Origin: Anthoceros angustus
Taxonomy: Eukaryota > Plantae > Anthocerotophyta
Direction of reading: 5' to 3'
Assembly: GCA_010909165.1 (NCBI GenBank)
Contig: MU008199.1
Location: 328,248 to 392,247 of the forward strand
DNA: 64,000 bases
The translations under genes were made by a program, and so were the position numbers. The notes under the pieces are model-generated. The model was given only the letters and a program-made list of their open reading frames with translations, was not told the DNA's origin and made no database searches. This document shows positions 12,101-24,029 of the stretch, in pieces (position 1 is the stretch's first letter; each line of letters begins with the position of its first letter).

Positions 12101-14703
12101 ATGTCCGCAGTGTGGCAACTGGATCCGTTATGGACCCAGCCAGTTGGTGGGTGTACAGGGATCCTCAGAGGAGCTCTCGGCTACTTCAGTTTAGGGAGTC
12201 AACCGCTGGTAAACAACGAAGCCTCGACGTGCAGCAGTGTAAGGAGCCCAGCACTCAGCAGAAAATCTATGGCTGGGGAAGGATCATTCAGCGAGTGTCG
12301 TCGCCAGGAGCTAGAGCTCTCGGACCGGCAGTTCTTTCTGGACCCTACATGTGGTGGGATAATAGGGTAGGTAAGGAGCGCTCTCGTTCGCCCGACTTCC
12401 GGCAGAAGAGGTCCAGCGAGGTGTTCTGGTTAAACAACTCTTCCAAGCCAGCCGGCGTGGATGAGCTTCTCCTTGGTTTGGATATGCAGATGGGTCATGG
12501 GGCCGCTGCTTCCAAGTCGGGCTCTTGCTGTAGGCCTGAGGGAGGCGGGCCTGCAGGATCCGAATTGGGTGTAACGGCTAGAAACGTGCGCAAGTTTTGT
12601 CAACACGGGCAGCTTATTGAGGCTGTCGAAGCCCTTGAATTTTTGGCGCAGACAGACTGTTCTATTTCTCAGTCTCTGTTTTATGCTGTGCTTAAACTTT
12701 GTGCTGCTAAGAAGAATCTGGTTGTGGGGCGACGAGTTCATGATCTCATTGTCAAACTTGGATACGAGTCAAATGCATACTTGGGGAACCATATCTTGCG
12801 CATGTATGCATGTGGAGGCAGGCTACAGAGGGCCATGGATGTGTTCACCAGGGTGGGCAAACCAGATGCGTTCATGTGGTTCTCCATAATCTCCGCATAT
12901 ACTAAACATGGGAAACCTAATGTGGCCATACAACTATACCATGAGATGTGTAGCTCAGGTGTGAAGGCCAATGCTCACGTCTTTGTCGCTGCCCTTCAAG
13001 CTTGTGCATTCGACGCCGACTTGGAATCTGGGAGAAAAGTGCACTCTGATATCTTCAACAGTGGCATTCCTCCTAACTTGTTTGTTGGCAACTGCCTCGT
13101 GGGCATGTATGCAAAATGTGGCGAACTGGAAGATGCATGCCAGGTTTTTGACAGCTTGGCTACAAAGGATGTGGTGACTTGGACGGCCCTGATAGCTGGG
13201 TATGCACAGAAAGGGCTCAACGAAGAGGCGCTTGTTCTGCATGGACAGATGGAAAAAGAGGGCCTAGTTCTGGCTGACTGTGTTACTTTTTCTTTCCTTT
13301 TGAAGGCCTGTGCAAGTGCTGGTGCCTTGCAGAAGGGCAGACAGCTACACTCACAGATTGTGGAAAGAGGACTGCTAGAAAGTGACATACAGGTAGGCAC
13401 CTGCCTCGTGGACATGTATGCAAAATGTGGTGAGCTACGAGATGCACGCAGGGTTTTTGACAGTTTGGCCACAAAAAATGTGGTGACATGGACCACCCTT
13501 ATAGCTGGGTACACAAATCATGGACTTTGTCAAGAGGCACTCGTTGTTTTCGGACAAATGGAGCAGGACAGGCTGATTTTGGCTAACCATGTTACTTTTA
13601 CTTGCCTTCTGAAGGCCTGTGCAAGCGCGGGCGCTTTACAGGAGGGCAGGCGGTTGCACTCACAGATTGTGGAAAGAGGAGAGCTAGACAGTGACATACT
13701 GGTGGGCAACTGCCTTGTGGACATGTATGCAAAATGTGGGGAACTAGAAGATGCGCGCATGGTTTTTAACACCTTGTCCACAAAGGATGTGGTGACATGG
13801 AATGCCCTGATAGACGGGTATGGTTCTTGTGATGAAGGTCACAAAGCACTTTCCTGTTTCGAGGAGATGTTAGTTGCTGGTATTGAGCCTAATGATACTA
13901 CTTTCGTTTGCGTTCTAGCAGCATGTGGTCATAAGGGATTGGTGAATGAGGGTTGGAAGTACTTCGATGCTATGGTTGAACAGCATGGCATCAAACCTAC
14001 TGTTCAGCATCGCAATTGCATGATTGATCTTCTTGGGCGTGCAGGCCATTTAGATGAGGCAGAAAACATGCTTCTATCGGGTGAGAGCCAGAACAATGTT
14101 GTGGGGTTGACATCTTTGCTGAATGCGTGCAAAAGTCATGGGGATATAGAGAGGGCGACCCGGTGTTTTGAAAGTCTTGTTGCATTGCACCCTCAGGGGG
14201 CATCCGCATATGTGCTCATGGCCAATGTCTACGCAGATGCAGGGAGGTGGGCAGACGTAGGGAGGATTGAAAAACAGAGGGTAATAGCAAGAGCTAGGAA
14301 GAGACCTGCAGTGGCAGGCATTGAGGTCAAGGGTCAGGTACATACGTTTGTGGTGGGAGAACACAGAGATGATATCTCGCTCAAGGTAGAGAGCATGAAT
14401 GTATGTCTGAAGGAGAAAGGGGGCCACGTACCGCAGACAAATTTGGTGTTGAAGCCACTGTCTGAGAAGGAAAAGGAAGATGCGCTTTGCGGGCATGCTG
14501 AGAAGCTAGCTCTGGCGTATGGTCTCCTGAACACTCCGAGTGGCACATCCTTGCTGGTAACGAAGAATCTACGCATGTGCAGTGACTGCCATAGATCGAC
14601 CGAAATCATGTCACGAATTGAAAAGAGAAACATTGTTGTAAGGGATGCGTACCGTGTGCATCGATTCGCAGGTGGGTGTTGCAGTTGTAAGGGTCATCCG
14701 TGA
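12101..14703 (+). CDS. PDF-motif + PLS-PPR-E-DYW:KP protein, copy 3 (C-terminus ...CSCKGHP); one apparent 1-bp deletion near 12348
   Basis: ORF open from 12112 to 14703 with PLS repeats, E1/E2, ARKRPAVAGIEV, GHAEKLALAYGL, LRMCSDCH and HRFAGGCCSCKGHP. The homologous N-terminus (MSAVWQLDPLW...QFFLDPT) starts at ATG 12101 in another frame: CCTACATG here versus CCTACCATG in copies 1 and 2. Confidence 0.93.
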
Positions 14704-14719
14704 GAACGAATGCTGAATT

Positions 14720-14780
14720 TGCACGCAAAGTTTCGGGGATATGGAGACCGTGGTCGGTATTTCGAAGTCTTGTTACACCG
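14720..14780 (+). pseudogene. Degenerate duplicate of the PPR E1 motif directly downstream of copy 3
   Basis: GCACGCAAAGTTTCGGGGATATGGAGA...TTCGAAGTCTTGTT...GATCCTCAGGGGGCATC resembles 14125-14205 (ACKSHGDIER..FESLV..PQGAS). Confidence 0.6.
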
Positions 14781-15813
14781 GATCCTCAGGGGGCATCGAG
14801 GGTATCCTCGATGCATGATCCCGACAAGCAGGTGCTACAGGATATCCGCCACGAGTCGAGGGGCGTGGCGGAAGCATTGTCTGAATGCTCCTATCGCAAC
14901 ATGGATCTCCGGTGGAGTACCCACGACCATCAAAAACGAAGGAAAATCCGAGATTCTCTCTCAAAACACCAGGACGAATGGTGTACACGTTTTGGCCTAC
15001 CAGCTTGGAAGGGATTCTGCCCAAACACGTATGAAATGGGGAGAAAGATATCAATTTTCTGGTGTCTGGGGAGGCTTTGTCTGGTGCAGCCTGCAGCCTA
15101 GCAGAGCTGTGACAGATACCCGAGCATCTCTTTTGATACCACTGTCGCACTGTGGGAAACATGGGCAAACCTTCGTTATGTTGATCATTGCAGTACAATC
15201 CCACGACACCATGTCTGGAACAATCATACTTGTCCCAGCTCCGAAGCAATAGCAATAATGGTATGGCAGTTGGGTTTACAACCGTAATCAGGCCTGTGAG
15301 ACTGGTATATTACAAGATGCCTTCTTCGGATTCCGTTCTCTCTCCATCACAGGCTGGTCCTGGGCGTCTGGCCCACTTAGTGGTCCGCATGAGCAGTCTT
15401 TGAGATCTCAGCTCCATATGCAGATGTATGTCTGAAGGGGATCACAACCGCCTTCCTCCACCGCATCTTCGGTTTCGTTCAGTGTCTACTGATCCTTCCA
15501 GTGGTCTTGGTGCGGCGCCTCGTCATCTTTCGGACGCAAGCACCTCATTGCATTGTATTAGAGATGATTTTCGCAGTCATAAATCTTGCAATTTCCTGCT
15601 GAGCGATACTGCCATCGACGTCTTCCCATGCGACAGTGATTGGAAAAGAGGTGCATCTCGTGGGTTAGGTCGTGAGCGTGGATCTTCTGGTTGAGGTAGC
15701 TTATTTGGAATGTATTGCTGCTCCGTATTCAGCAGATTTGCGTGGAATCGTGGATTGTGTGCTTTTGTGTTGAGTTTCATTGCGCACCTCCTTGGGAGCG
15801 GAGCAGATTTAGC

Positions 15814-17861
15814 ATGGCGGTGGAAATGGGTGAGCAGATTTTGTAATTTTGTTAATGGTTGTGCGGCGATTCAGATGTACCAACGTTTAGAGGGGAGCAG
15901 AGTTATCACCTTCGATTTTCTCGGATTGCAGAAAACGTGGATTTGGATGCGTGCCACGCTGTTGCTGTTGAAGTAGCAAGAAGAGCCGGAGCTGTAGAGA
16001 TCTTACCCGGTCCTTGGAGCAGCAGGCTGGCGAACACTGTTTGCTACTGGTGGTCTGAGATGTGGCAGGGTTTTTCTTTTTGCAGGTAATTCTGAAAGGA
16101 TTCCATCAGCAGAAGATCGTTGGGTACAAGGGCAAGGTTCGTGTTTCACCACGTTTGTGCTGTCGTTCTGGGTTTGCCCTTAATTGTGATTGCTATGCCT
16201 CTTACATACCTTCCTGCAAATAGGTTGATCTTGTTACTGAAACAGACGAGGAATGTGAGCGTCTAATTTTTGATGACCTGAAGAAGAATTTTCCCATGCA
16301 TGAGGTACTCATCCGGTATTACATTTGCTTAGCTTTGCTAGATTGGTTTCGTTTCTGATGACAGTCTGGAACAGTTTATCGGCGAGGAAACAGCAGCTGC
16401 CAGTGGTACCGTCATTCTCACAAATGCGCCCACATGGATCGTGGATCCGTTGGATGGCACAACAAATTTTGTGCACAGGTCTGCTTCCATGAAAATTGTG
16501 CTGCCCCAACAGCTTTCTTGGGTGCCCTGTTTGCAGTCTCATCCACTAGCAGTTTGCTCTGTGACTTTTGTTCCATATTGGATTATGGGGGTTGGAAATT
16601 ATGCTTTACTGTCAATCCTGAGTCCATGTTTTCACTCTCACGCCAGGTTTCCCTCGGTGTGCGTATCTATTGGCCTGGTCATTAACAAAGTTCCAGTGGT
16701 TGGCGTCGTGTACAATCCCATTTTGGACGAGGTATTATTCCCATTTGGGACTCTGCCACGCTATGATGTAAACGGACCTTTTGCCTGTAAGTGCCACTCC
16801 TTGTTCTTCTAACAGCTGCTGAAATGGATTACAGCTGTTCACTGGTGTGCAAGGAAAAGGTGCATTTCTGAATGGATCAAGAATTTATGGTGAGGGCTCC
16901 ATTTGCTAGTGCTTGGTCAAGGCCTATCAGATAGTTTCGTCCACCACAAAACGTGTGGATCGTTTTCTGTCGTAATATTCCTCCCTCCTGGATGTGTAGA
17001 GCTCTAGCTCGTGTGTATTCTTGTAGCTTACGCCTGTGCATCATCAGTACACTTCGTAACTGGACTTGGTAATTGGCTCGTCATGCAGCTTCTTCTGTGG
17101 CAGAGATTGGCAAGGCCCTTCTGGCCACTGAGGTGTCTTAGCCACAACCTTACCACATTTGCAGATTTTTCGTTCAGCACCCTCTAGGTCTAGCAGATTC
17201 CAGACGAGTTGTTATCCTCCCTGCTCCTCATGGTTTACAGATTGGAACAAAGAGGGACAAGCAGACAGTTGATGAGACGACTAACAGGATCAACAACCTC
17301 CTGTTGAAGGTATGGCTCTGGAAATTGTAAAAGTGGAGCTGTGGCTGAGTCCATTGATGCCTTACAGCCGAGTTGTGAAACATGACGCGTTACAATGTGT
17401 CCATGTTCCGACAGGTCCGGTCTCTCCGTATGTTGGGATCATGTGCGTTGGACCTTTGCGCTGTAGCTTGTGGGAGGCTAGATCTCTTTTACGAAATTGG
17501 CTTTGGTGGCCCATGGTACGTGCTCACAAGTGCTGTCAAACTCGAAGTTGAAATGTGTGCCTGAAGGGTAGCTCTTCTTCCTGCCTACTAACTGGGTGAT
17601 ATGCTATATCAGGGATGTGGCAGCTGGAGTCTTGATCTTGCAACAGGCGGGGGGTTGCGTTTTTGATCCGTATGTGTGCTTACCGTCTTGTCACAAGCTG
17701 TTTCGGCTGTCTGTCTCTGCAAGCACTTTTTTGCAGCCAATCTAACAGACCAGTGCGGTTGCAGATCCGGCGAACCTTTCGACATCATGTCCCGCCGCGT
17801 TGCAGCATCCAACGGGCTGTTGAAAGCAGCTTTTGTTGAGGGTCTACAGGCACCCTTGTAG
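15814..17861 (+). CDS. VTC4: Inositol monophosphatase / L-galactose-1-phosphate phosphatase (VTC4-like), ~12 exons
   Basis: GT-AG spliced exons give [99 protein letters not shown] and RRVAASN..stop at 17861. Confidence 0.93.
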
Positions 17862-18606
17862 CCACCGGCTGACTTGTGTAGTCTAAACCCCATTTTTTTT
17901 GTGCGCACACATTATTGCCTGCCTGTGGTCCAGGAAGCTCTCCGAATTCGGTGAAGCAGTTTTAGTTACTTCTCTTCTGGCCAACCCTTCTTCCTTGACA
18001 CTACAGTACGTGGCTACGAAGTCCTTAGCAGCAGCTCTGCAAGATAGGTCACCTGGACAACGATAAAGGCTCACAAAGCGAAACGTGGCTAAAGAGTGAT
18101 CTTCGAGCAGCGGTGAAGATTGTGAAGGACCTACCTAGTGGCTGATGCGGATCATGCACGGTGTAGTGCAACTGGAGTTTTACTGGACTGGCGGTGACGA
18201 ACACCAGAGCAATGAGCAACCCAGGGATGGAAGAGCGAGAAGGTCAGGTCCGGCCACAGGAGAATATGCCGTTTCAACCGAAGGACTCGATAGAGCGGGC
18301 AGAGCGTGTGAGAGAGAGCTCTTCGCCGAATCCTGTGCGAACAGGGCATGGATCCAGGATGCCAGAAAGCCGGGGGCATCGTGATCAGCGCGTGCAGTTT
18401 GCCAACATAGGCTACACTACAACAGACGAACAATAAATGCCATCTGGAGCGTGACGGCAGCACACCATGTATTGTAAATTTGTATCCCCACCCGATTACA
18501 TATATATCTACAAGCAGCACATCTGCCAAGATGCATGTAGATACTGTATGTAGTTACGTAGCAGTCTGGGATCCTGGGATGTGGTCAGAAGCAAGAGGGG
18601 CAACAG

Positions 18607-18679
18607 GCAGCAGGGTTGTGGGGTTGGGGGCCGGCCGCGAGCCGCGAGCCCCGGCCCCCAAGGGCCCCAACCCTGCTGC
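18607..18679. other. GC-rich inverted repeat / hairpin
   Basis: GCAGCAGGGTTG (18607-18618) pairs with CAACCCTGCTGC (18668-18679). TTGGGGGCCGG (18624-18634) pairs with CCGGCCCCCAA (18651-18661). Confidence 0.75.
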
Positions 18680-19261
18680 TTCCTTCAGGATCACCTTCCT
18701 TCATCAGATGAAACAGTCATTTCCTCGCCTCTTCCTGCCCTCGCCGCGGCCGCACTGTTGAGCTGCACTGGACAACTCGGTCGCACTGCATGCCAGAAGC
18801 AAGTCGTCACCGTCGTCACCCGTGATCTGTTCATAGCTGTTGTGACACAAACAATACAGTACATCCGTACATACTGCACGCAGTGGCACAGAGTGAGACA
18901 CGGGCATCCGGTTTCAGAGATTTAGGTCGAGGAAAGCCGCAACAGCCTCAAACGCAGCTTGCTCGTCATCCAGTGTTGCACCTCGAATGCGCCATCTCCA
19001 CCTCGAGCAGAGACGGCGCGTACCTGGGGACGAGACAAGAACGTTGTTACCGGGCTAGAGGTGGCCGCGGCCGGTAATCGAGCAGGAGCTCAGTTGCCAA
19101 TGTAAGATATCCAGAATGTTTGCGCACGCCGCAAAATAGCACAAACCGGGATAGTCCACCTATCTACATGCCGTGACATGTGTGTGTGCTGCCTCGCGGA
19201 GAGGCGGGAGTGGCGGATGCGGCGAGACGCCGCCTCCGACACAGTCCGGCGCCAGCGACCA

Positions 19262-19303
19262 AGAGGCAAAGGCAGCGGCAGAGGCAGAGGCAGAGGCAGA
19301 GGC
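19262..19303. repeat. (AGAGGC)n microsatellite
   Basis: Imperfect hexamer run seen directly. Confidence 0.8.
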
Positions 19304-20894
19304 GAGCACACAACAGTCCGGGGCGGCCACGTCTCGTGGGACGACACGTTCCCACCTACTGGGAGCCAGAGGCTCGACTTCCAAATCGGCAAGGTATCCC
19401 GGGAAGCCGCACAAATTCGCGGCCACCGCGCATCTCTCTTTCCTTCCTGGCTGGACCCTGGCCCTTGCTTCCTCGACGCGCGTTCCATGTTGAGGTACAC
19501 ACGCCGCTTTCCCGGCTTTGCAGCTCCTGCCCAGACGCCATTCCGTTCCGTTGCGATCACGCGATCACGCCTTATGCGCTTTGCTGTTGTTGTCCGTCAA
19601 GGGACGACCCGGTTCGGGCGTTCGGGCTGCGATCACGCCCACGTTCGCCCCCGGCGCGCATATCCACGCCCTTTGGACTAGTCGACGAAGCCGATAGCAA
19701 TACGTGAATCAAAGAAGCTTCGCCACACCTGTGATCGTCATGTCAACGCCGGGATTCCGGAATCCACGGGACCAAATTCTACCCGGCCAAAATGCCATGC
19801 CCCACCGGGCCCGGGCCCCGGGCCCTCCTCCCCCGTTCCTCGTGGCTTTCATCACCAAGCACCAACTCGGTAACACAACCCATTACATATGTTTCTATCA
19901 TCACCCCCCGGTCTCCAGCTTCTTCACCATACATGCACACCACATCTTGCAAGCGCGTGTGATCCCACGCCGTCCCCTTTTACTCCACGGTGATGAAACT
20001 GTGATGTTGGATTCTGTCTTATGCAACCTATTAAGCTGTCACAATTCTTGTCAAATTTTTGCATCAAAAGCAATCGGTGAACGGGAGTCAAGAGTAATTT
20101 GCACGACTTGAGAAGGCTTACTTTTTTATTTTTTAAAAATAATAATCAACTATTACGTTCAACTATAAAACATTAACTAATAATTAATAATTTTAAATTA
20201 TTGATAATAAATTCTAATTATTTTCATAGAATCTCCCCATAATCTTCTTGGAGACTGCATACCTCGGAGACCGTGGAGAGAGCTATTTTAGTTACACATT
20301 GGGAGTCGTTTCTCTCACAGCCAACCACATTGCTCCAATTACAAATATCTGTTGTTTCGGTTTTCGTATGGTAACCGTATGATTATATCCTTCAACAGCA
20401 TAGAACTATTCATAACAATTTGCAGATAGAAAAAATCTGTAAAGTGATATGGATTTGGATATAGAGCGTTCTCCCTTCCAACAAAGTGGGAAATGCTATA
20501 AAGCCAAAATCCGACATTCATGTGGTCTCAAAACTAACGACTTTTTTATCATCTTAAGAATATAAATATTCTTAAATTTCTTAGTAGAATGATGAGTAAA
20601 AGATGTCAGAATTTCATGAGTAGGACCACCGTTGAGTGTGTATTTGGATGAATGGTAGTCATGAAAATGACCGAGAATTTTAAGACCGAGAACCGAGATG
20701 TTTTTGAGACACCCATATGTAGACCTGTGTTAAGGCGGTGTAAAACTATGTAGACGAAAACAAAGACTCTTGAAGAGTGGTGTTGGGGCCGGCCCGGCGC
20801 TTGTGGGATTTGCAATCAGCACGCGGGGTGGGGGAGGGGAGCGACATATGTAAATTTAGAGCTGCGGCGTGGGTAATTTTAGGCGTGTGACAGC

Positions 20895-21000
20895 GGGACG
20901 GGAGACGGGGTCGTGGACGGGGACGGGGACGGGGACGGAGACGGAACACGGGACGGGCTGGGTCGGGCCCTACTTGATGCCGCTGCTCCCCTTTTATAGC
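20895..21000 (+). promoter_or_regulatory. Putative AMT1 promoter: (GGGACG)n tract and TATA-like TTTTATAG
   Basis: GACGGG repeats at 20895-20957 and TTTTATAG at ~20992. A likely 5'UTR intron runs from GT ~21231 to TGTAG 21605, upstream of ATG 21701. Confidence 0.4.
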
Positions 21001-21700
21001 CTGCAACCCCGCGCTAAGGGCTGAGCTTAGTCTGCTCAAGGCGCAGCGCTCTTCGTCTTGTTGCCTGCGTGCCGGCGAGCTCTTCGGTCTCGGCAGTCGG
21101 CTCGTCCATGTTCCGGTGAGCCAGGCCCCTCACCTCCTCCTGCTTGCTGCATCTCTCGGAAGCCGCCGTAACGTGCTGCGCATGTGCTGCGGCCGCAGCG
21201 TCTGCTAGGATCGCGCAATGTCAGAATTCGGTACCTATGTGCGGGCCTGCGCGCCTCCGTGTGTGTGTGTGTGAGAGAGAGACACTAGTACAAGAGACTG
21301 CGGCGGGCGCGGCTGAGCATTTGGGTTTAGGTTGCGGGATTTCGGGGAGAGCGGGATTTTGTGACCTCGGGATTGAATTGCTGGATTGTTGATTGTGTTG
21401 CGTGGTTTGGTGCGGTGTTGTGTGGTGTGGTGTGGTGTGCTGGCAGGCGGCGGGAAGTTGGAGGTGGCGAGCGCTTTCAAATTGGTGTCGCGGCGCGTGC
21501 CGTTCTCGAGAGTTGGAGAGGTATTGTGTGGTGGATTTTCTTGTTCAAGTCCGGTTTTTGATGAGGGAGCGTGAAGGTGAAGGAGAATTGCTCCGGCCTT
21601 TGTAGGATATCTCGGGGCTGGACTAAGAGGAGGGGAGTAGGATCCGGCTTCAGCTTGCGCTTCTGTTCCAGCGCCGGCGCCGCCAGCTGAGGGGGACACC

Positions 21701-23239
21701 ATGGCGTGCTCTTTGGACTACAGGGATCAGCTTCTCAGGGCGGCAAATGGGAACGGCGCCCTTGTCGACATGCTGTGCCAGCAGTTCGATCAAGCCTCCA
21801 CAAATATGGCTGCCACGAGGCTGGCGGTGGACAACTCCTACCTGCTCTTCTCCGCTTACCTCGTCTTCGTCATGCAGCTGGGCTTCGCCATGTTGTGCGC
21901 AGGTTCCGTCAGGGCCAAGAACACCATGAATATTATGCTCACCAACGTGCTGGATGCTGCTGCCGGGGGGATCTCCTACTACCTCTTCGGATACGGTTTT
22001 GCGTTCGGGAAAGGAGGGAATGGCTTCATAGGCTCCAATCTCTTCGCGCTCAAGGACATGCCTGATGCCAAGCTTCAGTACGACTACTCCTTCTTCCTCT
22101 ACCAGTGGGCCTTCGCCATTGCTGCAGCGGGGATCACCTCGGGCTCCATTGCGGAGCGCACGCAGTTTGTTGCCTACTTGGTCTACTCCTCCTTCCTCAC
22201 CGGCTTCGTCTATCCCGTCACGTCGCACTGGATTTGGTCTCCCTACGGCTGGGCCTCTGCCACCAAGGCGACAAACAGGTTGTTCGGCACGGGCGCCATC
22301 GACTTTGCCGGCAGTGGCGTGGTGCACATGGTTGGAGGAGTTGCCGGCTTCTGGGGAGCCTTCATCGAAGGTCCTCGCATCGGCAGGTTCGACAAGTCCG
22401 GCAGCGTAGTGATGAAGGGACACAGCGCTACTCTGGTGGTGCTGGGAACGTTCATTCTCTGGTTTGGCTGGTACGGTTTCAATCCCGGCTCCTGGCTCAG
22501 AATCCTTGTCCCCTTCTCCGATGGATTCGAGGGCAATTGGTCTGGCATCGGCCGAACTGCCGTCACCACTACTCTGGCAGGTTGTTCTGCAGCCCTGGCG
22601 ACTCTTTTTACCAGAAGGTGGCTCAATGGTCACTGGAATGTCACAGATGTGTGCAACGGCTTGCTGGGAGGATTCGCAGCCATCACTGCCGGTTGTGCTG
22701 TGGTGGATCCATGGGCCTCCATCATCTGTGGTATTGGTGCAGCCTGGGTTTTGATCGGCCTCAACCTCTTGGCCGAGAAGTTCAAGTACGATGATCCTTT
22801 GGAAGCTGCCCAGCTGCACGGCGGCTGCGGAGCCTGGGGTCTTCTCTTCACTGGTCTGTTTGCCAAAAAACAGTATGTGGGAGAAGCGTACGGACGGACC
22901 AACCATTACGGACTGTTTCTCGGAGGTGGAGGCAAGCTCTTGGCAGCACAAATCGTAGAAATTTTGGTGATAGCTGGCTGGGTCACAGCCACCATGGCTC
23001 CCCTGTTTTGGCTCCTCCACAGATTCGGGCGCTTGAGGATTACTGCCGACGACGAGATGAGCGGGCTGGACGCTACCAGGCACGGAGGCCAGGCTTACTA
23101 CCACGTCGACGGCTCTCAGCACGAGGGCAAGTACTACGGGGGTGAGGAGATGACTATGTCGTCCTTCCACCCCGCAAAGCCAAACAACTCCCATGTCGGT
23201 GCTGCTCCGGACACTCAAGGACACCCAGTAGCAGTGTGA
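21701..23239 (+). CDS. AMT1: Ammonium transporter, plant AMT1 family (intronless)
   Basis: 512 aa with [71 protein letters not shown] and C-terminal GLDATRHGG. Confidence 0.97.
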   Translation: MACSLDYRDQLLRAANGNGALVDMLCQQFDQASTNMAATRLAVDNSYLLFSAYLVFVMQLGFAMLCAGSVRAKNTMNIMLTNVLDAAAGGISYYLFGYGFAFGKGGNGFIGSNLFALKDMPDAKLQYDYSFFLYQWAFAIAAAGITSGSIAERTQFVAYLVYSSFLTGFVYPVTSHWIWSPYGWASATKATNRLFGTGAIDFAGSGVVHMVGGVAGFWGAFIEGPRIGRFDKSGSVVMKGHSATLVVLGTFILWFGWYGFNPGSWLRILVPFSDGFEGNWSGIGRTAVTTTLAGCSAALATLFTRRWLNGHWNVTDVCNGLLGGFAAITAGCAVVDPWASIICGIGAAWVLIGLNLLAEKFKYDDPLEAAQLHGGCGAWGLLFTGLFAKKQYVGEAYGRTNHYGLFLGGGGKLLAAQIVEILVIAGWVTATMAPLFWLLHRFGRLRITADDEMSGLDATRHGGQAYYHVDGSQHEGKYYGGEEMTMSSFHPAKPNNSHVGAAPDTQGHPVAV

Positions 23240-24029
23240 GCTATTTGACGTTGAGAAAGCCGCCATGGTCGACGCATGGATACACACTCCAAACAGGTCA
23301 GTTGCTAATCACGTTATCACATAGCTATGGTAGTCTGTCGGGATCGCAGAGACGTGAACTTCTGCAGATTTGTGTTGTTTCTATGTTCCGCTTTTAGGAC
23401 TTCAATTCCGCCAAAATAATATAAATGAAGATGCTCTTGTTCTGGTGTAACAAGCTTGTCTGTACCCATGTACAGATACATATTCCTTTCGACCTCTTTG
23501 TATGTGAACAAGCCTATCTGTACCCATGTACAGAAGCATATTGCTTGCGACCTCTTTGTTAGTGATGAGTTGCAACATAAATAAAATACAGATTCTATCT
23601 CCATCACACAGATTCTATCTTCATGTTCGTACGTCGGAAACGCAGCATCTGGAGCAGGGACAGTGTCACACATACAGTACTTGCATCGTACGCGAAATAC
23701 TTTGGCCTCCACTGACATGGAAAGCAAGCTCAAGGACTATCTTTGGCCTCTAGTAACATGAAAAGCAGGAAAAGCGAGCTCAAGGACAGCGAATACTTCT
23801 CAGTGAGACCCAGCACCCTGCCTGCACGTTTCCCGGACTCCCTGGAGACTGCATACGTTAAAATCTGTCCCCGCCTTCAGTGTATGCACAAGCACCCATG
23901 GAAAGGAAAGCATCACTATCTTCTTCCCTGAAGTATTTTCTTGAAAACCATTGGACCCTCCTGCTGCTACCAATCTATAGACTACCTACGTAGACTTATG
24001 TTGTACATATTTGCTCCAGTCGATTGGAA

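Noticed and set aside
12112-12348. N-terminus MATGSVMDPASWW of the 863-aa ORF as given in the track
   Set aside because: Wrong frame: the paralogs show the PDF motif is continuous with the ATG-12101 frame, implying a 1-bp deletion near 12348.
14790-15100. Possible second degenerate DYW domain (HDPDKQVLQDI...)
   Set aside because: Similarity too weak; no HxE or CxxC.
18194-18436. 80-aa hydrophilic ORF downstream of IMPase
   Set aside because: No recognisable homology or supporting gene structure.
18600-18680. CLE-peptide-like motif (GPNP / GPQPHN) or a known miRNA
   Set aside because: Does not fit the 12-aa CLE consensus, has no signal-peptide ORF, and matches no conserved miRNA I recall.
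21650-23287. 545-aa antisense ORF over AMT1, and similar antisense ORFs over APC7 and the PPR genes
   Set aside because: Shadow ORFs from GC-rich codon usage of the sense gene; no recognisable motifs.
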